The notes: generated from the sequence alone by a model not told the origin. DNA of 64,000 nucleotides from Bacilli bacterium (GCA_017528315.1 JAFXOW010000005.1:1986-65985); one strand, 5' to 3'; positions 21,131 to 32,165 are shown, counted from the first letter of the stretch. Numbers and translations are program-made.

Positions 21131-21978
21131 TGAAAATAGAATGTGTGGCAGTAGTGGTATTTTATCATCCAACAGAATCTAACATATCCAATATAGACGA
21201 TTATAAAGATTGTATTGATAAAATATATGTTGTTGATAATAGTGATGATGATATTATTAGAATAAAAAATGATAAAAAAATAGAATATATAAAGTTATAT
21301 GAGAATTTAGGAATTGCTAAGGCATTGAATATAGGGGCTAAAAAAGCAATTAATGATGGATATGATTATCTTTTAACTATGGATCAAGATAGTAAAATAT
21401 CTTCAAGTAATATAATTGCAATGCTTAATTTTATAGAACAAAACAAAAATAATCTAAAAATTGGACTTGTATCACCTTATCATAATATTAAATCAGGGGA
21501 AGATGACAGAATAAATAATACCTATGAGGAAAAAATAGAAGTAATGACCTCAGGAAATATTATTGATTTAAAAGCCTATCAAGAAATAGGTGGTTTTAAA
21601 GACTGGTTATTTATTGATTGTGTGGATATGGATTATGGTATGAATTTGAATAAGCATGGGTATAAAGTTATTAGATTAAATGATGTTATTTTAGAACATG
21701 AGTTAGGTAAAGTAAAAATTCATAAATTATTTAATAAAGAGTATCCCTGTTATAATCATAGTCCTATTAGACGTTATTATATGGTAAGAAATACTTTGTA
21801 TTTAAAAGATATGTATTATGATTTGTTTAAAGATCATTGTGATTATTTAATAAGGGTACAAATAGGGCAAGTTAAAAGAATATTGGTATTTGAAAAAGAT
21901 AAATATAAAAAGTTAAAAATGATGTATAAAGGATACAAAGATTACCAAAAGGGAATTAAAGGAAAATTAATAATTTAA
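21130..21978 (+). CDS. GT2 rhamnosyltransferase (RfbF-like)
   Basis: NLGIAKALNIG, TMDQDS, MTSGN, LFIDCVD, HSPIRRYY. Confidence 0.82.
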   Translation: MKIECVAVVVFYHPTESNISNIDDYKDCIDKIYVVDNSDDDIIRIKNDKKIEYIKLYENLGIAKALNIGAKKAINDGYDYLLTMDQDSKISSSNIIAMLNFIEQNKNNLKIGLVSPYHNIKSGEDDRINNTYEEKIEVMTSGNIIDLKAYQEIGGFKDWLFIDCVDMDYGMNLNKHGYKVIRLNDVILEHELGKVKIHKLFNKEYPCYNHSPIRRYYMVRNTLYLKDMYYDLFKDHCDYLIRVQIGQVKRILVFEKDKYKKLKMMYKGYKDYQKGIKGKLII

Positions 21979-21995
21979 AAAATGAGGAGGATAAA

Positions 21996-24149
21996 ATGAA
22001 CTCAATAAAATATTTATTAACACAAACAATAAATACAATTAAAGATGAAGGAATAAAATCATTTATAAAAAAAACATATGTTTATATATCAAATGGTATG
22101 AAAAGACCGGAACAAGAATGTAAGGATGTGTTATTTATTAATGGTTGTACGCTTCCTCATCCTAAAAGGTATAGAATTGATCATCAAAGAGAACAGTTAC
22201 AATCAAATGGCATATCAACAGATGAGGTATTTTATGAGGAATTAACATTAGAACATCAAAAATATTACCGAGCTTTTGTATTTTTTAGATGTCCTATAAC
22301 TGATACAATAAAAGAGTTTATTCAAAAAGCAAAATATAATAATAAAACGATTTTTTATGATATAGATGATTTAGTATTCGATAAAGAGTACACTAAAACC
22401 ATTAAATATTTAGATACAATGTCAGAGGATGAACGTAATTTATATTATGATGGTGTTAAGCGAATGGGTGATACATTAAAATTATGTGACTACGCTACTA
22501 CAACAACTAATAGATTAGCTTTAGAATTACAAAAATATGTTAAGGAAGTTTATATTAATAAAAATGTTGCTAGTGAAAAAATGTGTCAGTTATCAATGGA
22601 TGCTGTAAAAGAAGTTATTAAAGATGAAAATAAAGTAATTTTAGGTTATCTTAGTGGTTCAATTACTCATAATCCTGATTTTGAACTTATTTTACCTGTT
22701 ATTATTAAATTAATGGAAAAATATAAAAATGTATATTTAAAGATAGTTGGAATATTGGATATTCCTAAAAAATTAGAACAATTTAAAGATAGAATAATTT
22801 TTGAGAAATTTACTGATTGGACTAATTTACCAAAAATAATTGCATCTTTGGATATCAACTTAGCACCTATCGAAGATACCTTGTTTAATGAAGCTAAGTC
22901 AGAAAATAAATGGATGGAAGCCGGACTTGTTAAAGTTCCAACAATTGCTTCAAAGGTTGGAGCCTTTAAAATAATTAAAAATAATGATGATGGTATTTTA
23001 GTTTCTAATAATGAAAATAATTGGTATGAAGAATTAGAAAAGTTGATTTTATCAAAAGAAAAAAGAGAAATGCTTGGAAAAAAGGCTTATGATAGAATAA
23101 TGAAAGAATATATTTCTACTTATTCTGGATATAATTATACAAAGTTTATTAAGTCAAAATTGACTAAATCAATTGCTTTTATTTTACCTACTACAAATAT
23201 AAGTGGAGGAGTAAATGTTATTATAAAACATTGTAATATTTTAAGAAATAATGGTTATGATGTGTTTATTATAAATATGGATAAATATGAGAATAATGTA
23301 ATAAATAATGATGGTGAAATAGATGTTATATCTTGCTTAAAAACTCAAATTAGATGTCATTTAAATAAAATGGTTGCAAGTTTATGGACAACAGTTTATT
23401 TTGCTAAACAATATAATAATGTTGATAAAATTGCTTATCTTGTTCAAAATTTTGAAACTAATTTTTTAAAGTATGGAAATAACGTTAAACAAATTGCCAA
23501 TACTACTTATACATTTGACGATATAGAATATTTAACAATCTCAAAATGGTGTGAAAATTGGTTAATTAATGATTTTGAAAGACAAGTTAAGTATGCTCCA
23601 AATGGTATTAATTTAAATCAATTTTCTGTTACAAAAAGAGAATTTAAAGGTAAAATTAGAATATTAATTGAAGGTAATAGCGAAGATTATTATAAAAATG
23701 TTGATGAAAGCTTTGAAATAGTTAATAAATTAGATAGAGATAAATATGAAATAAAATATTTATCATATCAAGGAGAACCAAAAAAGTGGTATTACGTTGA
23801 TGAATTCTTGCATAAGGTACCATATGATGAAGTTGGAAAAATATATAATTCAGCTGATATATTAATTAAGTCAAGTATTTTAGAAAGTTTTTCTTATCCA
23901 CCACTTGAGATGATGGCAACCGGTGGTATTTCTGTAGTAGCACCTAATGATGGTAATATTGAATATTTAAAGAATGAAGAAAATTGTCTATTATATGAAC
24001 CAGGTAATATTGCCGATGCTATAAAGAAAATTGAAATGATTAGAACAGATGAAGAGTTAAGAAATAAATTAATTCAAGGTGGAATAGAAACTGCCAAATC
24101 ACGAGAATGGTCAAAGGTAGAAAAAGATATTTTAAAAATTTATAATTAA
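21996..24149 (+). CDS. Large two-module GT-B glycosyltransferase
   Basis: 717 aa. FYDIDDLVF and KSENKWMEAG in module 1; SGGVNVI and ESFSYPPLEMMA in module 2. Confidence 0.78.
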   Translation: MNSIKYLLTQTINTIKDEGIKSFIKKTYVYISNGMKRPEQECKDVLFINGCTLPHPKRYRIDHQREQLQSNGISTDEVFYEELTLEHQKYYRAFVFFRCPITDTIKEFIQKAKYNNKTIFYDIDDLVFDKEYTKTIKYLDTMSEDERNLYYDGVKRMGDTLKLCDYATTTTNRLALELQKYVKEVYINKNVASEKMCQLSMDAVKEVIKDENKVILGYLSGSITHNPDFELILPVIIKLMEKYKNVYLKIVGILDIPKKLEQFKDRIIFEKFTDWTNLPKIIASLDINLAPIEDTLFNEAKSENKWMEAGLVKVPTIASKVGAFKIIKNNDDGILVSNNENNWYEELEKLILSKEKREMLGKKAYDRIMKEYISTYSGYNYTKFIKSKLTKSIAFILPTTNISGGVNVIIKHCNILRNNGYDVFIINMDKYENNVINNDGEIDVISCLKTQIRCHLNKMVASLWTTVYFAKQYNNVDKIAYLVQNFETNFLKYGNNVKQIANTTYTFDDIEYLTISKWCENWLINDFERQVKYAPNGINLNQFSVTKREFKGKIRILIEGNSEDYYKNVDESFEIVNKLDRDKYEIKYLSYQGEPKKWYYVDEFLHKVPYDEVGKIYNSADILIKSSILESFSYPPLEMMATGGISVVAPNDGNIEYLKNEENCLLYEPGNIADAIKKIEMIRTDEELRNKLIQGGIETAKSREWSKVEKDILKIYN

Positions 24150-24175
24150 TTAAAATGAAGTTGGAGGAATTAAAA

Positions 24176-25147
24176 ATGAAAAGTGATATACTTTATATTG
24201 TAGTACCTTGTTATAATGAAGAGGAAGTATTAAATGAGACTACAAAACAGTTAAAAAAGAAAATAGAAAAATTAGTTAATGAAAAAATAATAAGTGATAA
24301 AAGTCGTGTAATGTATGTAAATGATGGTTCGCGTGATAATACTTGGAGTATAATTGAAAAGATAAGTAAAAACGAAAAGTATTTTACAGGCATATCTTTA
24401 TCAAGAAATAGAGGACATCAAAATGCACTACTTGGTGGTTTGATGACGGCTAAAAAATATGCTGATGTAATTATTAGTATGGATGCTGATTTACAAGATG
24501 ATATTAATGCCATTGATGAAATGCTTGAAAAATATTATGAAGGTTTTGAAATTGTATATGGTGTTCGAAGTGCAAGAAAAAAAGATACTTGGTTTAAAAG
24601 AACAACAGCTGAAGGATTTTACAAATTCATGAGTTTAATGGGGGTAGATATTGTTTTTAATCATGCAGATTATCGTTTGGCAAGCAAAAATGTTTTAAAT
24701 CATTTAGAAGAATTTAATGAAGTAAATCTTTTCTTAAGAGGAATATTTCCATTGATTGGTTATAAGACAGATATTGTTTATTATGAAAGGAATGAAAGGT
24801 TCGCTGGTGAATCAAAATATCCACTTAAAAAAATGTTGAATTTTGCCTGGGATGGAATAACTTCTTTTAGTGTTAAGCCAATTCGTTTTATATTATCATT
24901 TGGAATGATTTTATTTATTATAAGTTTTATTTGTTTAATTTTGTTTGTTATTTTAGATTTAGTTAATTATAAAATACTTACTATAAGAACATTGATAAGT
25001 TTAATATGTACAACAACTGGACTTCAAACTATATTTATTGGAATTATAGGAGAATATATTGGAAAAACATATAATGAAACTAAAAGACGCCCAAGGTATA
25101 TAATAAGCCATAATTTAAATGAGGTTAAAGAAGATGGAAAAATATAA
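24176..25147 (+). CDS. GtrB/CsbB-like bactoprenol glycosyltransferase (GT2)
   Basis: VVPCYNEE, SRNRGHQNAL, MDADLQD, RFAGESKY, IGEYIGK..ETKRRPRY. Confidence 0.88.
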   Translation: MKSDILYIVVPCYNEEEVLNETTKQLKKKIEKLVNEKIISDKSRVMYVNDGSRDNTWSIIEKISKNEKYFTGISLSRNRGHQNALLGGLMTAKKYADVIISMDADLQDDINAIDEMLEKYYEGFEIVYGVRSARKKDTWFKRTTAEGFYKFMSLMGVDIVFNHADYRLASKNVLNHLEEFNEVNLFLRGIFPLIGYKTDIVYYERNERFAGESKYPLKKMLNFAWDGITSFSVKPIRFILSFGMILFIISFICLILFVILDLVNYKILTIRTLISLICTTTGLQTIFIGIIGEYIGKTYNETKRRPRYIISHNLNEVKEDGKI

Positions 25148-25529
25148 AAAATTATTTTCACAATTAATTAAATTTGGAATAGTTGGAGTATTAGCAACAA
25201 TTCTTGAATGGGGAATATTTTATGTTTTGACTAATATATTAAATATCCATTACATATTATCAACGGCTATTGCCTTTTTAACTTCTACAATTTTTAATTA
25301 TTTGTTAAGTGTTAAATATGTTTTTGATGTTAACAAGGAAAAAAGTAAGAGTAACTTTATTTTCTTTGTTGTATTTAGTATAATAGGTCTTGGGTTAAAT
25401 GAATTAATACTTTGGATTTCTATTGAAAAATTAAATTTATATAATATGATAGGTAAAATTATAGCAACTGGAATAGTAATGATATTTAATTTTATAACAA
25501 GAAAGTTGTTTTTAGAAAATAGAAAATAA
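25134..25529 (+). CDS. GtrA-family flippase
   Basis: QLIKFGIVG, FNYLLSVKYVF, FNFITRK; 4 TM segments. Confidence 0.88.
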   Translation: MEKYKKLFSQLIKFGIVGVLATILEWGIFYVLTNILNIHYILSTAIAFLTSTIFNYLLSVKYVFDVNKEKSKSNFIFFVVFSIIGLGLNELILWISIEKLNLYNMIGKIIATGIVMIFNFITRKLFLENRK

Positions 25530-25593
25530 TTTTCTTGTTTTCTTTTTAAATATATGATAATATTTGAATATAAATTATGAAAGGAGATAAGTT

Positions 25594-25899
25594 ATGGTAA
25601 AAGAAATAGAATCAAAAGATTTTGAAGAAGTAGTTTTAAAAAGTGATGGCAAGGTATTAGTAGACTTTTATGCTAATTGGTGTGGTCCTTGTAAGATGTT
25701 AAGACCGGTTTTGGAAGAAGTAGCTAGTGAAAGATCTGAATCTAAGATTGTTTCAATTAATGTAGATGAGGCAGAAGAACTTTCAAGTAAATATGGAATT
25801 ATTTCTATACCTTGTTTAATATTGTTTGAAAATGGTAAAGAAATAGATAGAAGTATCGGATTGAAATCTAAATCTGATATAGAAGGTATGATTAACTAA
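25594..25899 (+). CDS. trxA: Thioredoxin
   Basis: DFYANWCGPCK. Confidence 0.96.
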   Translation: MVKEIESKDFEEVVLKSDGKVLVDFYANWCGPCKMLRPVLEEVASERSESKIVSINVDEAEELSSKYGIISIPCLILFENGKEIDRSIGLKSKSDIEGMIN

Positions 25900-26810
25900 T
25901 GTATGATATTATAATAATTGGAGCCGGACCAGCTGGACTTACGGCAGCTCTTTATGCTAGTCGAGCTATGAAAAAGATTTTAGTTTTAGAAGCGGTTTCA
26001 TATGGAGGTCAAATAATTAATTCTTCTATGGTTGATAATTATCCGGCTATTCCTCATACCGATGGTTATGATTTTGCAACTAGACTATATAATCAGGTAA
26101 AAGAATTAAAAGTTGATATAAAATTTGAACGAGTTATCGAAATAATTGATCAAGATAAATATAAATTAATTAAAACTAAAGACAATACTTATGAAAGTAA
26201 AACGATAATAATTGCAACTGGAAATAGTAGTAGAAAACTAGGAATTGATAAAGAGGAAGAATTAGTAGGACGAGGAGTATCTTATTGTGCTACTTGTGAT
26301 GGTGCTTTCTTTAAAAATAAAGATGTTGCAGTTATAGGTGGTGGAAATACTGCTCTTGAAGATGCAATTTACTTAAGTAATATCGCAAGTCATGTTTATA
26401 TAATCCATCGAAATGATGCATTTAAAGCTGAGGATGTGCTTATTAAAACTATTAAAGAAAAAAATAATATTGAATGTATTTATAATTCTAATATTACTAA
26501 GTTAAATGGTGAAGAAAAATTAGAAAGTATTGAAATTACTAATAATGATGGAACTATTAAAACTATAAATGTATCAGGAATTTTTATTGCTATAGGACGT
26601 GTACCTGAAAATGAAATATTTAAAAATATAATAACTTTAGATGATTCAGGATATATTCTTGCTGGAGAAAATTGTCATACTAATATTCAAGGTATATTTG
26701 TTGCAGGGGATGCTCGTCATAAAGAATTAAGACAATTAGTAACGGCAACTAGTGATGGAGCAATAGCTGCAACTGAGGCAATTAAATATTTAGATAATGA
26801 TAAAATGTAA
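25899..26810 (+). CDS. trxB: Thioredoxin reductase
   Basis: GAGPAGL, GVSYCATCDG, GGGNTA, GD. Confidence 0.95.
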   Translation: MYDIIIIGAGPAGLTAALYASRAMKKILVLEAVSYGGQIINSSMVDNYPAIPHTDGYDFATRLYNQVKELKVDIKFERVIEIIDQDKYKLIKTKDNTYESKTIIIATGNSSRKLGIDKEEELVGRGVSYCATCDGAFFKNKDVAVIGGGNTALEDAIYLSNIASHVYIIHRNDAFKAEDVLIKTIKEKNNIECIYNSNITKLNGEEKLESIEITNNDGTIKTINVSGIFIAIGRVPENEIFKNIITLDDSGYILAGENCHTNIQGIFVAGDARHKELRQLVTATSDGAIAATEAIKYLDNDKM

Positions 26811-26886
26811 AAGATAATTTTACATTTTTTTTAAATGTAGTATAATTATAAATAAGCAAGTTAGATAGATATAAGAGAGTTTTAAA

Positions 26887-27765
26887 ATGAAAGATAAAGA
26901 AAACTATTTAGAATATTTAAAGTATAATAAAAATTATAGTGATAAAACCATTACTAATTATGAACTTGATTTAAATGATTATTTTGATTATTTAAAAAAG
27001 GAAGGATTAAATTATAAAGATGTTGAATATGAAGACTTAATGGGATTATTTGATCATTTTGATAGTCTTAAATTATCTGGAAAAAGTATTAGACGTCATA
27101 TTAGTTCTTTAAAAGGCTTTTACAAATATTTAAATAGTAAAAATATTACTTTAAATAATCCTTTTAACTATGTAACATTACCTAAAAAAGAATCAAAGTT
27201 ACCTAGATATTTATCATACGATGAACTTTTAGAAATATTTCATAATTTAGAAATTAAAACTAATTATGATTTAAGAAATAGACTTATTTTAGAACTAATG
27301 TATGCAACTGGAGTACGGGTATCAGAACTTGTTAATATAAAAGTATCTGATATTACAATGTCAAATCAAAGTATTAGAGTGTTTGGAAAAGGATCTAAAG
27401 AAAGAATAGTTTATTTTAATAATGTTTGTTTAAAAGTATTAAAAGATTACTTAAAAATATATAAAGAAATTAATAAAAAAAATACAGATTATTTAATATT
27501 AAATCAAAATGGTGATCAAATTACTACGGCTGGAATTAGTTATATATTAAATCAAGTAATAAAAAAAATAAGTTTTAATAAACATATTACACCTCATATG
27601 TTAAGACATTCGTTTGCCACTCACTTACTTAATAATGGTTGTGATTTACTTACAGTTCAAGAATTGCTAGGTCATGCATCTATTTCAACAACAGGAATAT
27701 ATACACATGTAACCCTTGATCATATTAAAGATGTTTATTATAATTGTCATCCAAGAGGAAAATAA
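26887..27765 (+). CDS. xerC: Tyrosine recombinase, XerC/XerD type
   Basis: LMYATGVRVSEL, GKGSKER, HMLRHSFATHLL, LGHASISTTGIY. XerC versus XerD is not resolved. Confidence 0.8.
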   Translation: MKDKENYLEYLKYNKNYSDKTITNYELDLNDYFDYLKKEGLNYKDVEYEDLMGLFDHFDSLKLSGKSIRRHISSLKGFYKYLNSKNITLNNPFNYVTLPKKESKLPRYLSYDELLEIFHNLEIKTNYDLRNRLILELMYATGVRVSELVNIKVSDITMSNQSIRVFGKGSKERIVYFNNVCLKVLKDYLKIYKEINKKNTDYLILNQNGDQITTAGISYILNQVIKKISFNKHITPHMLRHSFATHLLNNGCDLLTVQELLGHASISTTGIYTHVTLDHIKDVYYNCHPRGK

Positions 27766-27772
27766 TAAAGAA

Positions 27773-28909
27773 TTAATGTTTAATAGGTATAGACATTAAT
27801 TCTTCTTTTATTAATTCTGGTTTATTAATGATATTTAAATAAATAATTGTAGCAATTTTTTCAATTTGTAAAACCGGATCATCACTATCTTTATAATTAG
27901 TAACTATTAAAGTTGTAATTTCTGATTTAATATATTTAAGATATTCACGTCCTTTTTTATTAAAACCTAATATGCGAATATAATTGATATCATAGTTATC
28001 AGTTTTTTTAATATTAAGTAAAATATGTAAAAACATTCTATTTAATTTATTGTAAGTATATCTTTTACTTTTTAATTTTTCAATCAATTCATTATATGAT
28101 TTAACTTCTAAAATAACTTTTTTAATTTTTTTATCAATTCCTTCAGATACATCTAAATAAATATCTAAATTATCTATTTCACTTATTAATTTATATTTTA
28201 ATATTTTAAAATAATTATCTAAATAATTTCTATCTATATTCATTAAATTATTAGTTTCAATAGGTACATATTCTTTAATATTTTGGTTTTTTAAATATAA
28301 TTCTCTAATACTTACAGCACTTGAAATTTTTCCAGTTAAATTTTTACTTAAATAACTATTTGTTCGTTTTATAGATAGAGGTTTAATATTATAGTCATTT
28401 AACATAATAGCTTTTATATAACTAACACCTAGTATATCATTTGAGTTAATTAATTTTATATTTGTTAAATTGTAAATAGCTTTTGAGTAACTAGCTGGAT
28501 AACTATTACCTAGTTCTAAATATTTCTTAACTAAGATATCAAATTTTTCATTATAAAGAGTAGTGGAGGCAATGTTTTTTAAGACATCAACATCATTAGT
28601 TTCTGAACCAAAGATCAAATAATCCATTCCTAAATATTCTAATACAGAAACTGCATAGGTTGCAAATATATCTGAAGATTGGGTTGCAAAGTAAAATGGA
28701 AGTTCAATTACTAAATCAACTTTATGCTTTAAGGCAATACGAGTTTTATCCCATTTTGTAAGATACGAAAATTCTCCTCTTTCTGTAAAATTAGTACTCA
28801 TAATTACGGTTATTAAAGAATCAGGATACATTTTTTTAATTTTATTAATTAAATAAATATGTCCATTATGAAAAGGATTAAATTCAACTACAATTCCAAT
28901 TTTTTTCAT
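27773..28909 (-). CDS. tmcAL: tRNA(Met) cytidine acetate ligase (YlbM/TmcAL, HIGH-motif nucleotidyltransferase)
   Basis: EFNPFHNGH, KWDKTRIAL..VDLVIELP, SNDILG, SKRYTY. Confidence 0.85.
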   Translation of the reverse strand: MKKIGIVVEFNPFHNGHIYLINKIKKMYPDSLITVIMSTNFTERGEFSYLTKWDKTRIALKHKVDLVIELPFYFATQSSDIFATYAVSVLEYLGMDYLIFGSETNDVDVLKNIASTTLYNEKFDILVKKYLELGNSYPASYSKAIYNLTNIKLINSNDILGVSYIKAIMLNDYNIKPLSIKRTNSYLSKNLTGKISSAVSIRELYLKNQNIKEYVPIETNNLMNIDRNYLDNYFKILKYKLISEIDNLDIYLDVSEGIDKKIKKVILEVKSYNELIEKLKSKRYTYNKLNRMFLHILLNIKKTDNYDINYIRILGFNKKGREYLKYIKSEITTLIVTNYKDSDDPVLQIEKIATIIYLNIINKPELIKEELMSIPIKH

Positions 28910-29001
28910 ACACAACACCTAAGATAATTATATAATAAAGTCCTATTTTTGTATACTTTTTTTAAATTTTAAGTTATAATATTTATGGAGAGTGATTAGA
29001 A

Positions 29002-29445
29002 ATGTATGAACAAATAAAAAGTGATATTGTTAAATTTATGAAAGAAAAAGATACTTTAAAAGTTCAAACTTTAAGAGGTATTAAAGGAGATATTGATTTA
29101 GAACATATTAATAAAAAAGTAGAGATTACAGATAATTTAGTTATTGATATGTTATCTCGTGGTATAAAAACAAGACGTGAATCTATTATTGAATTTGAAA
29201 AAGGTAATAGGGATGATTTAGTAGAAAAAACTAATTTAGAAATAGAATTTTTAAGTACTTATTTACCTAAACAATTAACAATTGAGGAATTAAACAAAAT
29301 AGTAGAGGAAGTTTTTATTAAGGTAAATCCAACAAGTAGTCGTGATATGGGACTTATTATGAAAGAAATAACTCCACTTGTTAAAGGTAAATGTGATATG
29401 AAAGAACTAAGTGGTATTATTAAAGAAAAATTAGAGAATTTATAA
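29002..29445 (+). CDS. yqeY: GatB/YqeY domain protein
   Basis: MKEKD..K..TLR, IKTRRESI..F..GNR, YLPKQL, DMGLIMK. Confidence 0.85.
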   Translation: MYEQIKSDIVKFMKEKDTLKVQTLRGIKGDIDLEHINKKVEITDNLVIDMLSRGIKTRRESIIEFEKGNRDDLVEKTNLEIEFLSTYLPKQLTIEELNKIVEEVFIKVNPTSSRDMGLIMKEITPLVKGKCDMKELSGIIKEKLENL

Positions 29446-30062
29446 TGGATGATTTATATACTTATGAACGGGAATTAATAAAAAAACGTGTTAAGTTAAT
29501 AGGTGGAATTGATGAAGTTGGACGAGGTCCTTTAGTTGGTCCTGTGGTTGCTTGTTGTGTTATCTTGCCACTTAATTATAAACTTCCCGGTCTAACTGAC
29601 TCTAAAAAATTAAGCGAGAAAAAACGTGAAAAATTCTATGATATTTTAATTCATGATGCAGTAAGTTTTGGAATAGGAATAATAGACGAAAAGATTATAG
29701 ACAAAGTAAATATTTATGAAGCAACCAAGCTTGCAATGCTTGACGCTATAAAAAGATGTATGATTAAACCAGAGCATGTACTAATTGATGCTATGAAACT
29801 AAATATTGATATTCCCAGTACTTCAATTATTAAAGGAGATGCTAAAAGTTTATCAATTGCTGCTGCTAGTGTTATAGCTAAAGTAACGAGAGATAGAATG
29901 ATGATAGAACTTGACAAAAAATATCCCATGTATGATTTTAAAAATAATAAAGGCTATCCAACTAAAAAACATCTAGAAGCTATAGAAAAATATGGAATAA
30001 TAGCTGAACACAGAAGAAGTTATGGACCAGTTAAAGATTATTTAGAAAGGGTAAAAATATGA
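29445..30062 (+). CDS. rnhB: Ribonuclease HII
   Basis: GIDEVGRGPLVGPV, DSKKL, KGDA..SIAAASVIAKVTRD. Confidence 0.96.
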   Translation: MDDLYTYERELIKKRVKLIGGIDEVGRGPLVGPVVACCVILPLNYKLPGLTDSKKLSEKKREKFYDILIHDAVSFGIGIIDEKIIDKVNIYEATKLAMLDAIKRCMIKPEHVLIDAMKLNIDIPSTSIIKGDAKSLSIAAASVIAKVTRDRMMIELDKKYPMYDFKNNKGYPTKKHLEAIEKYGIIAEHRRSYGPVKDYLERVKI

Positions 30063-30445
30063 AAGAAAAATTAGAAAAATTATTAGAAAATAGTTATAGT
30101 CCTTATTCAAATTTTCGAGTAAGTTCGATTGTAGTTATGAAAGATGGACAAGAATTTTCTGGTGTTAATGTTGAAAATGCATCATATGGTGCTACTATTT
30201 GTGCTGAACGAAGTGCAATATTAAATGCTATTTCAAGTGGTTATAAAAAGCATGACTTTGAAAGTCTTTATGTTATGTGTGATAGCAATCAAGTTAGTAC
30301 ATGTTGCATGATTTGTCGTCAAGTAATTTTAGAGTTTTTTGAAAGTGATAAGACTATTATTTGTATGAATAGAGATGGTCAAGAAAAGACTTATACTGTT
30401 TCTGAACTTTGTCCTCATCCTTTTAATCAAGAGGATTTAAAATGA
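30059..30445 (+). CDS. cdd: Cytidine deaminase
   Basis: YSPYS.F, GVNVENASY..TICAE, CCMICRQ. Confidence 0.93.
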   Translation: MKEKLEKLLENSYSPYSNFRVSSIVVMKDGQEFSGVNVENASYGATICAERSAILNAISSGYKKHDFESLYVMCDSNQVSTCCMICRQVILEFFESDKTIICMNRDGQEKTYTVSELCPHPFNQEDLK

Positions 30446-31341
30446 AAAGTGGCTTTGTAAGTATAGTTGGTCGTCCAAATGTAGGAAAAAGTACCTTACT
30501 AAATAATATTTTAGGAAGAAAACTTGCTATTACCAGTGATAAATCAGGAACAACAAGGAATATTATTCAAGGAGTTTATAATGATGAAGACTCTCAAATA
30601 GTATTTGTTGATACACCTGGTATTCATAAACCTCGTCATAAATTAGAAAATGTTTTAAATCAAAAAGCTTATTCCATGACTCATGATATCGATTTAGTCT
30701 TGTTTTTAGTAGATATTAAAGATGGATTTGGTAAAGGAGATGAGTTCATCTTAGAAAAACTTAAACAAGATAAAGAGAAGGTTATTTTAGTTTTAAATAA
30801 AATAGATAAAATTTCTAATAAAGAAATTTTACTTCAAGAAATAGATCGTTTAAAAGATTTATATAATTTTGTTGAAATAGTTCCCATTTCAAGTTTAAAA
30901 GATATCAATGTTTTAGAACTTATTAAAACTATTAAAAAATATTTACCTGAAGAAGAACGGGCCTTTTTTGATAAAAATTATATAACTAATCTTCCTACTA
31001 ACTTAATGGTATGTGAACTTGTTCGGGAAAAAATTCTTCGTAATACAGAAGATGAAATACCTCATTCTGTTACTTGTTATTTAGAAAATTATGAAGAAAC
31101 AGAAACACTAGTAAATTTAGGAGTTTTAATAGTAGTTGATCGAGATAATTTAAAAAAGATAATTATAGGAAAAAATGGAAATATGCTAAAAAAAATTGGA
31201 ACTGATGCAAGATACGACTTAGAAGAATATTTTAATAAAAAAGTTTTTCTTTCCCTTTATGTAAAGACTATTAAGAATTGGCGAGATAGAGAAAAATATT
31301 TAATGGAACTTGGATTAAAAGATGATTTGGATTTTGAATAA
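30442..31341 (+). CDS. era: GTPase Era
   Basis: GRPNVGKST, DTPG, NKID, C-terminal KH domain with IIIGKNG. Confidence 0.96.
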   Translation: MKSGFVSIVGRPNVGKSTLLNNILGRKLAITSDKSGTTRNIIQGVYNDEDSQIVFVDTPGIHKPRHKLENVLNQKAYSMTHDIDLVLFLVDIKDGFGKGDEFILEKLKQDKEKVILVLNKIDKISNKEILLQEIDRLKDLYNFVEIVPISSLKDINVLELIKTIKKYLPEEERAFFDKNYITNLPTNLMVCELVREKILRNTEDEIPHSVTCYLENYEETETLVNLGVLIVVDRDNLKKIIIGKNGNMLKKIGTDARYDLEEYFNKKVFLSLYVKTIKNWRDREKYLMELGLKDDLDFE

Positions 31342-31454
31342 AATTTTGTAAACTTTCCATTATATAATTGGTGATATAATGGAAAATATTCTTTGGAATT
31401 TATTCAAAAAAACAGGAGATATCAAGTATTATCTTTTACTTGAAAGGATAAGAA

Positions 31455-32165
31455 GTGAGTATGAAAGAAACACTAACAGGAATAATAATCAAAGAAACAA
31501 ATTACAGTGAAACTAGTAAGATTTTAAATATATTGACACTTGAACATGGACTTATATCAGTTATATCGAAGGGATCTAGAACTATGAAAAGTAAACTTCG
31601 AGGGATTAGTATGAAAATGGTCTATGGAGAGTTCACGATTACCTATAAAGAAAAAGGAATTAGTACTTTAATTGAAGGAAGTCTTATTAATTCTTTTAAA
31701 AACATTATGAACAATTTTTCTTATATGAAATATGCTAATTTATGTGTTAATCTAGTAAGAAATGTTTTAAAAGAAAATAATGATAAACGAATATTTATAT
31801 GTTTAAGAGATTCATTAGTAAAGATAAATGATGGATTTAATCCTGAAATTATCTATTATATATTATCAATAAAACTATTAGATTTTTTAGGAGTCAAACC
31901 GGATTTTAATTATTGTATTAATTGTAATGGTGAAGATATTATAACTTTTGATTTAAATATACCGGGAGCAATTTGTTCTAATTGTTATCATGATACTTAT
32001 TTATTTCAAAGTAATACATTGAAATTATTAAAATTATTTCAAACTATTGATATATCAAAGTTATCTAAATTAAATATAACCAATATTAAAGTTATGGAAG
32101 AACTTGGATATTTTATTAAAGAGTACTATGATAGTTATACTGGAATTTATTATACTATTAAGTGA
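31455..32165 (+). CDS. recO: DNA repair protein RecO
   Basis: YSETSKIL..LT.EHG, zinc-finger cysteines CINC...CSNC, located downstream of era. Confidence 0.88.
   Translation: MSMKETLTGIIIKETNYSETSKILNILTLEHGLISVISKGSRTMKSKLRGISMKMVYGEFTITYKEKGISTLIEGSLINSFKNIMNNFSYMKYANLCVNLVRNVLKENNDKRIFICLRDSLVKINDGFNPEIIYYILSIKLLDFLGVKPDFNYCINCNGEDIITFDLNIPGAICSNCYHDTYLFQSNTLKLLKLFQTIDISKLSKLNITNIKVMEELGYFIKEYYDSYTGIYYTIK

Noticed and set aside
26887-27765. Tyrosine recombinase as the integrase of a mobile element
   Set aside because: Size and motifs fit housekeeping XerC/D, it is flanked by core genes, and I saw no att repeats or phage or ICE genes.
31353-31384. Long palindrome TTCCATTATAT..ATATAATGGAA between era and recO
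   Set aside because: Most simply a terminator or processing hairpin; nothing else points to a separate element.
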